DNA of 64,000 nucleotides from an uncultured Planctomycetota bacterium. Lineage in GTDB: Bacteria; Planctomycetota; Planctomycetia; Gemmatales; Gemmataceae. The notes under the pieces are model-generated. The model saw only the letters and a list, made by a program, of their open reading frames with translations, was not told the origin of the DNA and did not search any database. The stretch spans positions 1,312,001-1,376,000 of the forward strand of contig CAWKHF010000012.1 in assembly GCA_963849325.1 (NCBI GenBank), given 5' to 3'. This document shows, in pieces, positions 46,968 to 57,595 of the stretch. The number at the start of each line of letters is the position of its first letter. Position 1 is the first letter of the stretch. The translations under genes and the position numbers were made by a program.

Positions 46968-47192
46968 ATGGCCGCGCATCTTCGTGTCTATCCGCTGGCG
47001 AAGGACGACCTCAACGTGGAGGGACAGGAGCCGACCGTCCGCGTCAGCCTGGGCGACTTGCTACCCCTGGTGGCCCTGGCGCACCGGCACAATTACCTTT
47101 GGCTTCAGGATTTTCTGGAGGACGAGGTGACTATCACCTCCGACCTCTATGAAGTGCTGCGCGCCTTCCGCTGTCATCGCCCCTCCGCCTGA
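46968..47192 (+). CDS. Small hypothetical protein (74 aa)
   Basis: GGAGGA RBS; MAAHLRVYP...WLQDFLEDEVTITSDLYEVL. Confidence 0.75.
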   Translation: MAAHLRVYPLAKDDLNVEGQEPTVRVSLGDLLPLVALAHRHNYLWLQDFLEDEVTITSDLYEVLRAFRCHRPSA

Positions 47193-47231
47193 GCCGTAGG
47201 GGCCGCTTCTCCCGCGGAACGTCCCTCGCCT

Positions 47232-48094
47232 TCACTCCTCGTCGTCGGGCAGGTCGGAGAGCAGTTCGGGCTTGCCCAGCTGGCTGAGATCGACCTGGCC
47301 GCGGACTTCGCCCTCCACCAGTTTCAGCCGCGCTTCCAGTTCGCGCAGACGGGCCTGTACGGACTCGAATTTCGCCGACAGGTCGTCGCGCGGCCGGGGC
47401 GCGGGACTTCGGGGTAATTGAGCTGACGCTGCAAGGCGGCGAACAGGTACAATGGGTCGCGCCCTCGGTTGGCCCCCGCGATCTTGCCTTCCTTGGCCCC
47501 CAGCACCGGCGGCACCGGCGGTTGATAGTCCGGCTCCTGCCGCCTCCGTTCGCTCACGTACGACTCCGAACGCAGGTACACCATCTCGGCGAAGTCCACC
47601 ACGCCGATCTGTTGCCGGACCATGTCCAAAAAATCGCGCCACTCCGGCGGATAGAAGGGGTCGTGGGCCATGCTGGTCAGCCCCTCGTCGTAGCCGAGCC
47701 GGTTGCGGCACAACACCTCGAATTGATAGACGAACAGGCCCGAGGGGGTGGGAGTGCCGGCCCGATATTCCGCCTCGCGCTGGAGCACGAGCAGGGCCGT
47801 CTCGGCGCTGAAGCGCAGCCCTTCCTCCTCGGTACTCTTGACGATGAACGCCTGGAACGGCGCGAAGTAGTGCGGCAGACGAGCGAAGCCGGACGACAGC
47901 AGGCCGGTGTGCTTGACCTCGGCGGTCAAAAACTGGATGGCGTAGGGCAGCCGCGTCGTGGCCAGGATCTCCTGGCCGACGTGTTCCAGCACTTCTTGCG
48001 TGGCCACGCCCTCGATCAGGCGCTCGCGCATGACGCGGAAAAGATACGCCTGCTCGATGTACTCTTCTCGGTCGAGGACAGTGGCGGTGCTCAT
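47232..48094 (-). CDS. Conserved hypothetical protein; frameshift near 47395
   Basis: LDREEYIEQAY...LATTRLP...YQFEVLCRNRLGY...KEGKIA...ALQRQLNYP, host-like codon usage. Confidence 0.75.
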
Positions 48095-48125
48095 GCCGCC
48101 ATCATATCCCACGGCCGCATCGGTC

Positions 48126-48614
48126 TCAAGAAGCGCGTCGGCGTTGGTCGTCGCCGTGCGACGGCGGCGGCAGCGTCTTGAACAGACCGCGGATCAGCCC
48201 CTCGGAGTCGTTCCCCTCCAAGGATTGCCGCTGCGCCTGGCCCAGCTCGACGAGGAACGTGAAACCGCCGATGCGGAGGAGGTCGCCCGGCTGCACGGCG
48301 GCCTGACGGATGGGCCTGTCGTTGAGGAAGACGCCGTTGAGGCTGTTCAGGTCAACCACCTGCCAGGCGCCGCCGCCGAAAAGGAGACGGCAGTGACGTC
48401 GGCTGACATCGGGCAGCGGCAAGCGGACGTCGGCCTGGCTGTGCCGGCCGATGAGCATGTCCGGCTGGGTCAGCTCAATGGTCGCGCCGCTGGGTTGCAG
48501 GACGAGTCGCAGCGGCACGAAGTCCGCCGGCACCGGCATGGCCAGGGGAGTGCGCCAGTGCGGTCCCGATACGGGGAGATCCCCGGCCTGCGCGGAAGGT
48601 TCCGAAATGTCCAT
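48126..48614 (-). CDS. FHA domain protein
   Basis: IGRH...DVSRRH...DLNSLNGVFLN...GDLLRIG. Confidence 0.88.
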   Translation of the reverse strand: MDISEPSAQAGDLPVSGPHWRTPLAMPVPADFVPLRLVLQPSGATIELTQPDMLIGRHSQADVRLPLPDVSRRHCRLLFGGGAWQVVDLNSLNGVFLNDRPIRQAAVQPGDLLRIGGFTFLVELGQAQRQSLEGNDSEGLIRGLFKTLPPPSHGDDQRRRAS

Positions 48615-48938
48615 GATCGATCTCTGTTCCGAGGGCAGGAGGGCGAGGCCGTCTCATCGCAGCGGCTTATACCAGAAAGAAGCGGCATGGGAAAAGACGA
48701 GTCGGCCGTCGGCGACGTTCGCCGGATCGGACTATACCGATTTCACGTCCTCTTCCACGTCTGCGGCAAACTCCCACGGATTCGGCACGGACTTCCTGAA
48801 TTGCCTCCTTTTTCTCTCAAGCGGACTTTGCGCCATCGGTCCAATCGGGCACATTTGATCCAGCCGCAACGGGCGCTGCGCGGCGCGGGACCGATGCGGG
48901 CACGTGGGAATCGGAACCGTATGGCGAGGAGTCCAGAG

Positions 48939-51204
48939 ATGAGGCTGAAGGTCGCGTTTCCGCTGGTCGCCGTGCTCGCCGTGGCGATGCTGGCGGACCC
49001 GGCGCGAGCGTCGCACTGCGGCGCCTGCTGCTATCCCGTCCAGTGTTGCAGTCCCGAGCAGTGCTGTTTGCCGGCCATCCGCTACCGGGTGTGCTATCAA
49101 ACCGTGTACGAAGATCGGACCTGCATTTGCTATCGTCCGGTCTACCGAACGGTCATGAAGGAATGCCGCACGGTCTGCTATCGTCCTGTCTACGAGCAGC
49201 ACGTCCGGCAGCATTGCTACACCGTCTGCCGGCCGGTCTACGAGGATTACAATGTCGTCCGCAAGTACACCGTCTGCCGGCCCGTCTACGAACAGCACGT
49301 TCGGAAATGCTGCTACACGACGTACAAGCCGTGCTGGCAGGAATACCAGGTGCCGCAGTATTACTGCACCTCGCATCCCGTTTACCAGCACCACGTTCGC
49401 AAGTGCTGCTACACGACATACAAGCCGTGCTGGCAGGAATACCAGGTGCCGCAGTATTACTGCACCTCGCATCCCGTTTACCAGCACCACGTTCGCAAGT
49501 GCTGCTACACGACATACAAGCCGTGCTGGCAGGAATACCAGGTGCCGCAGTATTACTGCACCTCGCACCCGGTCTACCAGCAGCACGTTCGCAAGTGCTG
49601 TTACACGACATACAAGCCGTGCTGGCAGGAATACCAGGTGCCGCAGTACTATTGCACGTCGCACCCGGTTTACCAGCACCACGTTCGGAAATGCTGCTAC
49701 ACGACATACAAGCCGTGTTGGCAGGAATACCAGGTGCCGCAGTATTACTGCACGTCGCACCCGGTTTACCAGCACCACGTTCGCAAGTGTTGCTATACCG
49801 TGTACAAGCCGGTATGGCAAGAATACCAGGTTCCGCAGCACTATTGCACCTATCGGCCGGTCTACCAGCAACACGTCTGCCAGGTGCCCGTCACCTGCTA
49901 CCGCACCGTCACGGAACCGCGACAGATGGTGTACCGTTATTGCACTCAGGAGCCGGTGTGGACGGAGCGTCCCATCACGGTCTGCACGGGTAGCTGGCAG
50001 GTGACGCAACATTACTGCCCCGGTCCCGTCGTCCACAAGTGCTGCCGTCAGCCCGGCACATGGTCTTTCGATCCGTGTACCTGCACGTCGCACTACTGCC
50101 CCGGTCCCGTCGTCAGCTACGCGGTGCAGTGCCCCGGCCATTGGGTGTGCAACCGCGTCTGGGTACCGCGCCAGGAAGTCCGCATGGTCCGCTGCTGCCA
50201 TTACGTCCCGCGCGAGCACTGCCAGACGGTCAATTACACCGTCTGCAAGCTCGTGCCCTACACCGTCATGAAGCAGAACTGCTACACGACCTGCCACATG
50301 GTCCGCGAGGACCACTGCCGCATGATTACTTGCCGCAAGTGCTGCATGGTGCCGCAGGTCAAGGAAGTCTGCATCCCCTACACGACCTGCAAGATGGTCA
50401 CGCAACAGCACTGCCGCATGATTACCTGCCGCAAATGCTACATGGTGCCGCAGGTCAAGGAGGTGTGCATCCCGTACACCACCTGCCACATGGTTACGCA
50501 GCAGCATTGCCGTATGCTCACCTGCCGCAAATGCTACATGGTGCCGCAGGTCAAGGAAGTCTGTATTCCGTACACCACCTGCCACATGGTCACGCAACAG
50601 CATTGCCGCATGATTACCTGCCGCAAATGCTACATGGTGCCGCAGGTCAAGGAAGTCTGCATCCCCTACACGACCTGCAAGATGGTCACGCAACAGCACT
50701 GCCGCATGATTACCTGCCGCAAGTGCTACATGGTGCCGCACGTCAAGGAGGTGTGCATTCCGTACACCACCTGCCACATGGTCACGCAACAGCATTGCCG
50801 CATGATTACCTGCCGGAAATGCTACATGGTGCCGCAGGTCAAGGAAGTTTGCATCCCCTACACGACCTGCCACATGGTCCCGGAGGAACGGTGTGAGGTA
50901 ATCAAGTGCCAGCGCTGCCGCTGGATCCCCGAACAGCGGACGTGCCTGGTGCCCTACGTCACCTGCCGGGTGATCGCCGAGGAGAAAGTACACCTGGTGC
51001 CGTACACCGACCTGCCACATGCAGCCGTATTGCGTCACCTACAAGGTGTGCCGCCAGGTGCCGGTGTGTGTGCCGGAGTGTCCGCCGCCCTGCCCGCCGG
51101 CGGTGCCGGTCGGCCAGCGCCTGAGCAACGCGGAATGGTTCGCGCGCGTGGTCCATCGGGCCTCGCAAGAGAGCAATGGCGTCATCCCGGCGTCCGCACG
51201 ATGA
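48939..51204 (+). CDS. Secreted Cys/Tyr/Val-rich repeat protein, YTV-like; frameshift near 51010
   Basis: Signal peptide MRLKVAFPLVAVLAVAMLADPARA, YTVCRPVYE motifs, two 96-bp repeat arrays. Confidence 0.85.
49305..49880 (+). repeat. Coding tandem repeat A, 6 x 96 bp (KCCYTTYKPCWQEYQVPQYYCTSHPVYQHHVR)
   Basis: Unit starts at 49305, 49401, 49497, 49593, 49689 and 49785; the last is diverged. Confidence 0.92.
50316..50891 (+). repeat. Coding tandem repeat B, 6 x 96 bp (CRMITCRKCYMVPQVKEVCIPYTTCHMVTQQH)
   Basis: Six consecutive 32-codon units from 50316. Confidence 0.92.
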
Positions 51205-51225
51205 AATCGGCAAACGGCAGAAATG

Positions 51226-51274
51226 CAACGGGCCGGGAGACAGGGCGACCTGTCTCCCGGCCCGTTGTCCTTTT
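51226..51274 (+). terminator. Terminator-like hairpin between convergent genes
   Basis: 19-bp perfect stem CAACGGGCCGGGAGACAGG, GCGA loop, then TCCTTTT. Confidence 0.75.
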
Positions 51275-51297
51275 GCCCCTATCCAGGCAGGAGAGGA

Positions 51298-52287
<990 letters not shown>

Positions 52288-52675
52288 GATTCGGCTCCTC
52301 TCGAAAAGAGAAAACGGACAAGCGGGCGTCAACGAGCGAACCTAGAGTTCAACTATCCTAATGGCTCGTCCGCCCGCAAGGGGTTCGCGGCCTATTCATG
52401 GAACCTCCTTGTTTTCCTCATGTTTTTCGCTCCGATTGTTCACATTACAGCTGTTGAAAGGGGATAAACTTCTTGCAAGAATGGCTTCGTCTTCCTTCTC
52501 TTCGCTACGTTCGCCGCTCATTTCGCCGTTGTCTTCTCGCGTCGCTTGCGGTTATCTTCATGGGCCGACCCGAAGGCTCTCGCAGAGGGTTTCCGAACGC
52601 TTTGAAAATCCGAAACCCGCCCTATAATGCGGCTGGAAGGGATAAGGATTCGGCGGGACGGAGGGAGGAGAGGTC

Positions 52676-53503
52676 ATGGAGCATCCGGTTCGCATCGGCG
52701 CGGTGAACTACCTCAACACCAAGCCGCTCATCTGCGACCTGGAGCGGCTGGCGCCGCGGGCGGAGTTGGTACTGGAGGTGCCGAGCCGTCTGGCGGACCT
52801 GCTGGCCGAGGGCCGGCTCGACGTGGCCCTGGTCCCGGTCATCGAGTATTTTCGGGCCGGCTGCTATGCGATCGTGCCGAACATTGCCATCGCCTCGCGC
52901 GGCCCGGTGCTGAGCGTGACGCTGTTCAGCCGGGTGCCGTGGCCGGCCATCCGCCGCGTCGCCCTGGACGCCGGCTCGCGCACCAGTGCGGCGCTGGTGC
53001 AAATCCTGCTCGGCAAGCGTTATGGTGTGTCCGCTGAGGTGGTGTCGCTGCCTTTGGACCGCGGCGCCGAGGACGCGGACGCCGATGCCGTGCTGTTGAT
53101 TGGCGATCGCGCCATGCGGGCGTGCCTGCCCGGTTTCCAACACGCCTTCGACCTCGGGCAGGAATGGTTCGACTGGACCGGCCTGCCGTTCGTCTACGCC
53201 GTGTGGGCGGTGCGCGCCGGCGTCGATTTGTGCGGCGTGGACGAGGCGCTGTTGCAGGCCAAGCAGCGCGGATTGGACCGCGTCGGCTCCATCGCTCACG
53301 ACGAGGCGCCGCGGCTGGGACTGGACGCCGGTTTCTGCCGCCGTTACCTGGCCAACATTCTGCACTTTGACCTGGGGCCGCGCGAGCAAGCCGGGCTGCA
53401 CCGCTACTACGCGCTGGCCTGCGAAATGGGACTGGCCCAGCGAGGAGTGAATTTGGAATACTACGGTTCTTCTCGTGAGCTCATCCACTCCAACAAGGAT
53501 TGA
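52676..53503 (+). CDS. mqnA: Chorismate dehydratase (futalosine menaquinone pathway)
   Basis: IGAVNYLNTKPL, GPVLSV, SRTS, LLIGDRA, DLGQEW...TGLPFVYAVW. Confidence 0.88.
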   Translation: MEHPVRIGAVNYLNTKPLICDLERLAPRAELVLEVPSRLADLLAEGRLDVALVPVIEYFRAGCYAIVPNIAIASRGPVLSVTLFSRVPWPAIRRVALDAGSRTSAALVQILLGKRYGVSAEVVSLPLDRGAEDADADAVLLIGDRAMRACLPGFQHAFDLGQEWFDWTGLPFVYAVWAVRAGVDLCGVDEALLQAKQRGLDRVGSIAHDEAPRLGLDAGFCRRYLANILHFDLGPREQAGLHRYYALACEMGLAQRGVNLEYYGSSRELIHSNKD

Positions 53504-53596
53504 AATCACAAGGCCGTTGACGGGGAGCGTCTGACCTTCGATGCTTAACCCCAACTATCCAGAAAAACAAGGTTAAGAAGACAACAGAGGGCGGAA

Positions 53597-54709
53597 ATGG
53601 TCTTCGCGGTGCAGAAGATCCTGGACAAGGCAGTGAACGGCCAACGGCTGACCTTCGACGAGGGCATGGCCCTTTTCGACAGCCACGACCTGCCGGCGCT
53701 GGGCCGGGCCGCCGACGCCGTCTGCCGCCGCCTGCACCCCGAGCCGTACCGCACCTACAACATCGACCGTAACATCAATTACACCAACATCTGCGCCGCC
53801 GTTTGCGACTTCTGCGCTTTCTATCGCAAAAGCACCGACGCCGATGCCTACGTCCTGTCGCGCGAGGAAATCTACCAGAAGATCGAGGAGACCATCGCGC
53901 TGGGCGGCGATCAGACGCTCATGCAGGGCGGCATGCACCCCAGCCTGAAGCTGGAGTGGTACGAGGAACTGCTGCGCGACCTGAAAGCACGCTATCCGAA
54001 ATTCAACCTGCACGCCTTCAGTCCGCCGGAGATTTGGCACTTCCACAAGCTCAACAAGCTGCCGCTGCGCGAGGTGCTGCGGCGGCTCAAGGAGGCCGGA
54101 CTCGGCAGTCTGCCCGGTGGCGGCGGCGAAATCCTCGTCGATCGCGTTCGCAAGGCCATGACCGTCAACAAGTGCCTGACCGACGAGTGGCTCGAAGTGC
54201 ATCGCGTTTGGCACGAGCTGGGCGGTAAATCGACGTGTACGATGATGTTCGGCCACATCGAGACGCCGGCCGAGCGCATCGAGACGCTGGAGCGTCTGCG
54301 GCAGTTGCAGGACGAGACGGGCGGTTTCACGGCCTTCATCTGCTGGACGTTCCAGCCGGAGCACACGGCCATGGCCGACGTGCCGCCGGCCGGCGCCTTC
54401 GAGTACCTGAAAACCCAGGCCATCGCTCGGCTCTACCTCGACAACATCGCCAACATTCAGTCGTCGTGGGTAACACAGGGATTGAAGATCGGCCAGCTGG
54501 CGCTGTTCTTCGGCGCCAACGACATGGGCAGTCTGATGATCGAGGAGAACGTCGTCGCCTCGGCCGGCACGGTGCATTACCTGACGCTGGAACAGATCAA
54601 GAACGCCATCCGCGAGGCCGGATATGTCCCGCGCCAACGCAACGTCTTCTACGAGTACCTCGACGAACCGTTGGAAGAGCAGACCCAATGCATTTTGAAC
54701 CACGGATAA
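53597..54709 (+). CDS. mqnC: Cyclic dehypoxanthine futalosine synthase (radical SAM)
   Basis: DRNINYTNICAAVCDFCAFY, MQGG.HP, PGGGGEIL, TMMFGH, FICWTFQ, QSSWVTQG, GANDMGS.MIEENVV. Adjacent to mqnA. Confidence 0.88.
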   Translation: MVFAVQKILDKAVNGQRLTFDEGMALFDSHDLPALGRAADAVCRRLHPEPYRTYNIDRNINYTNICAAVCDFCAFYRKSTDADAYVLSREEIYQKIEETIALGGDQTLMQGGMHPSLKLEWYEELLRDLKARYPKFNLHAFSPPEIWHFHKLNKLPLREVLRRLKEAGLGSLPGGGGEILVDRVRKAMTVNKCLTDEWLEVHRVWHELGGKSTCTMMFGHIETPAERIETLERLRQLQDETGGFTAFICWTFQPEHTAMADVPPAGAFEYLKTQAIARLYLDNIANIQSSWVTQGLKIGQLALFFGANDMGSLMIEENVVASAGTVHYLTLEQIKNAIREAGYVPRQRNVFYEYLDEPLEEQTQCILNHG

Positions 54710-54771
54710 CACGGATGACACGGATAAAGAAAACCAGAACGCTTCTTGGGTTTTATCCGTTTTATCCGTGT
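54685..54771. repeat. Left part of a CACGGAT/ATCCGTG hairpin; the rest of the right arm is at 55783-55807
   Basis: CCAATGCATTTTGAACCACGGATAACACGGATGACACGGATAA pairs with TTATCCGTTTTATCCGTGT joined to TATCCGTGGTCAAAAGTGCATTGG. Confidence 0.8.
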
Positions 54772-55616
54772 CCTTGATGGTGAAGTTCTTCGCCGTGGCC
54801 TCAAGCAACTCCGGCATGATCGGGCAGTCGTTGGCTTCCCGGCCGTAAATCCTCGCCGCCGTGACCACATTCGTCTGCACGCCGCAAATAAGATGGACCT
54901 TCACCCAATCCTTGCCCGAGCGCTCGCGGCCATATTTTTCATCGTACCAGCGAACGAACTTGCTGACGCTGAATCCGCTTGAATCCGGCGCAAAGACCGT
55001 TTCAACGGCCCGCAACGGCAAAGCGCTCCGTTCAAGAAGGGTGTGCAGGTATGCGGTCATCTCGGCGAGTTCCAGAAAGATGCAGACCTTGTTCGGGTGG
55101 AGCGGACGGGACAGGAAACCTTCCTCATGTGCGTCCGCGAGGTCGGACCCAAAGCGACGGCTGCTGAACGTCGAATAAATCTTGAAGCACACTGAGAATA
55201 GTCGATCCGCCAGAGAAACCGGCTTGCGCCCTCTCGGATTACCCGGCCGTTCGGGTTCCGGCATCCCGGCGCACAGGTCGGCGAGTAGAACTTGGAAGCG
55301 ATGCTTCTCGTTGATTTGCGCCTCGTTGTACGCGCTCCAGTTCTGCGCGTAGGTCGGGCGCGTCGGAACCGCGTCCGTCACGATGGCCGGACCTTTCGCG
55401 CCGCCGTCGCGTTCGCAGCTGATGCGAGTAGCCAGGACGTGCTTGCACGATTCGCGGCGCAGCTCGAAATCGTCGCAGGTGCAGGAAACAGCCGGGTGAA
55501 GCGTGACACGGTACTTCTTGGCGCTCGTCTGCGACGGGACGAGATAGACTCCGTTCTCGAAAACGAATGCGCGACCGGGCCGCGATTTCCAGAGCTTTCA
55601 GTTCTCGCATATCCAT
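54772..55616 (-). pseudogene. 3'-truncated transposase with an N-terminal SWIM zinc finger and an IS4/IS5-like DDE domain
   Basis: VPSQT...YRV...SCTCDDF...CKH (SWIM), YAQNWSAYNEAQ, APDSSGF (first Asp), WVKVH. Breaks off at ATAKNFTIK before the second Asp. Confidence 0.8.
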
Positions 55617-55664
55617 GACTACCACCTTGCTTTTCTGCACAACCGTACAGAAAAATAGTAGCAC

Positions 55665-55722
55665 TTTTGTTGCTACAAAAGTAGGTTGGTAGTTGACTCC
55701 CGAAACTTTTTGTTGCTACAAT
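55665..55722 (+). promoter_or_regulatory. Extended -10 sigma70 promoter with two TTTTGTTGCTACAA operator-like boxes
   Basis: TTGACT (55693), 18 nt, TG-C-TACAAT (55717-55722), ATG at 55729. Boxes at 55665-55678 and 55708-55721. Confidence 0.6.
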
Positions 55723-55728
55723 CTCCGC

Positions 55729-55782
55729 ATGGCAGGGCGACGAAAAAAACCTGAGAGCGAAGCCAAGACCTACATGCTCCGC
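55729..55782 (+). pseudogene. 5' fragment of a small, probably ribbon-helix-helix-type regulator
   Basis: MAGRRKKPESEAKTYMLR, then runs into hairpin sequence. Confidence 0.45.
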
Positions 55783-55818
55783 TTATCCGTGGTCAAAAGT
55801 GCATTGGATTCGTGACTC

Positions 55819-57492
55819 TCACAGTCCGCGGTGCGCCAGATCTTCGATCAGCCGCGAGTAGAAGTGGAGGGCGTCGAAATTCTCGCCCGGTCGCACGAAC
55901 AGGCCGTCCGGCGTCTGCGCAAAGTGATCCACCGACAGCGTGCCGACGACCTCGCCCCACACCGCCGAACGCATCGACACCAGGCCGTCGTTCGCTCCCT
56001 CCGCCGGCGTCAGGATGTTCCAGGCCCGGCGCAGCAGCGGCGACACGCGCGACGACGGCACCGACGCAATGTAGGAGAAGTAACGCACGCCGGCCGCGTC
56101 GGGGGTGCGCTCGTTGAAGTCCCGGCAGGCGTCGGTGCGGCAATCGCGGAAGCCGGCGACGTTGATCCCGAACGCCTCCAGCGTCAACAGCAGCGGTACG
56201 CGCTGGCGGAAGTTGAGACAGAACCAGTCGGCGACGGCGGTGCCGTGGTGCGGCGCGGCGATGGTCGTCAGCGATGCCACCCGGTCGGCCATGCCCAGGT
56301 GCGTGATGAGGTAACGAGCGTCGAGTCCGCCCATGCTATGAGCGACGAGGTTGATCGGCTCGCTGGTCCAGTGGCGGATGAGGTCGCGCAGCTGCTCGGT
56401 GCGCTCGACGACGCCGCCGGTCGGCTCGACGTTGGGATACAACGCCTCGATGCCGCGCTCGCGCAGAAACGGCCGCAGGTGCGCGAAATAGTTGGTGTCT
56501 TCGGGGATCTGCATGCGCAGCATGGTCATGGCCAACATGCCGTGGCAGAAGACGATCGGATGGCGCGGCACGCGGCGCAGGCGCGTTGGCCGAGGCATCC
56601 ATCGACCGAGGGCGGGCGTTCGCGTTTCGCCGTTGATGCGTAGCGTCCGCAGATCCTCGACCGCGCCGGCGAAACGGCTGACCGCGGCGCGATCCTCCTG
56701 TTCTTTCACGGAGGCGGCCAGGGCGGATTCGGCGGCCGGCTCGCGGTTGAGAACCACGAAATCGAGCCGATCCGCGAACAGCCAGCGAAGCCGGTCGAGT
56801 CCGTGCGCCAGGGCGTCCGCCGCGCCGGCGCGAGGACCGGGCATGAGCACGAAGGGCCCACTCGGCCAGCCGAGCGAGGTCGCGGCCAGGGCCAACTCCG
56901 GCTGGAGTTTGTGCCCTTCCGGCGGCACACCGCACAAGTAAAACACCGCTGGGGGTGCGCCGTGCTCCTCTTGCAGAGCGCGGAGCAGATCGGTCAGCCG
57001 AGCGGCCAGGGCGGACTGCGTCAGCCGCTGAACGCCCTGCGGATCGTGCGTGAACTCCAGAGGCAGGACAACGACAATGCCGATGCCGGTTTCCACGGGG
57101 GCGCTGAGGACGACGTTGCACGCCCGCAGCGTCTGGTCGGCAAAGGTGATCTGGTGACGCGCCATGCGCCAGCCGCGACGAACCGGCGGTAGATCGGACT
57201 CGAAGGAGACCTCGAACTGCCCGTCCGGCCGCACGGGCGCGTCGGCTTCCAGGCTGATGCCGCCGACCTGCGTCTGAACGTGGGCGGTCGGCGGCGCCGC
57301 CACGGACGTTCGCCGCCAGCGCTTCCACCATCGGCCTTGGTGAAGAGGGACGAATGGGGATGAGATAACGAGTCGGCCACGCACCCACAGGCGATGGGCC
57401 GACGCCAGGGTGTCGTGCATTTGCACTTCGTGGATAACGAGCGCGGATGCCGGCGCGGATGGCCGGTGCGCGGTGGCTTCCGGGGGAGCCAT
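55819..57492 (-). CDS. Lipase/esterase (alpha/beta hydrolase) with a large N-terminal extension
   Basis: PIVFCHG, LVAHSMGGLDAR, PHHGT, NDGLVS, DH. Confidence 0.82.
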   Translation of the reverse strand: MAPPEATAHRPSAPASALVIHEVQMHDTLASAHRLWVRGRLVISSPFVPLHQGRWWKRWRRTSVAAPPTAHVQTQVGGISLEADAPVRPDGQFEVSFESDLPPVRRGWRMARHQITFADQTLRACNVVLSAPVETGIGIVVVLPLEFTHDPQGVQRLTQSALAARLTDLLRALQEEHGAPPAVFYLCGVPPEGHKLQPELALAATSLGWPSGPFVLMPGPRAGAADALAHGLDRLRWLFADRLDFVVLNREPAAESALAASVKEQEDRAAVSRFAGAVEDLRTLRINGETRTPALGRWMPRPTRLRRVPRHPIVFCHGMLAMTMLRMQIPEDTNYFAHLRPFLRERGIEALYPNVEPTGGVVERTEQLRDLIRHWTSEPINLVAHSMGGLDARYLITHLGMADRVASLTTIAAPHHGTAVADWFCLNFRQRVPLLLTLEAFGINVAGFRDCRTDACRDFNERTPDAAGVRYFSYIASVPSSRVSPLLRRAWNILTPAEGANDGLVSMRSAVWGEVVGTLSVDHFAQTPDGLFVRPGENFDALHFYSRLIEDLAHRGL

Positions 57493-57595
57493 CGGTGCCT
57501 CCTCTTCTCGTTCCCTCCTTTCTTATTCTACGCCATCAATCCGCACGAAAGCGCTGCGGAGAAGGGACTTTCCCCGGATTTCTTCGGTGGATGAT

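Noticed and set aside
47958-48938. N-terminal 327 aa of the 1130-aa ORF
   Set aside because: It overlaps the FHA gene on the opposite strand. The real start is the signal-peptide ATG at 48939.
49305-50891. CRISPR array
   Set aside because: The units are contiguous 96-bp coding repeats with synonymous variation and no unique spacers. No cas genes are present.
53573-55381. 602-aa ORF as a transposase fusion protein
   Set aside because: It is the truncated transposase reading through the hairpin into the antisense strand of mqnC.
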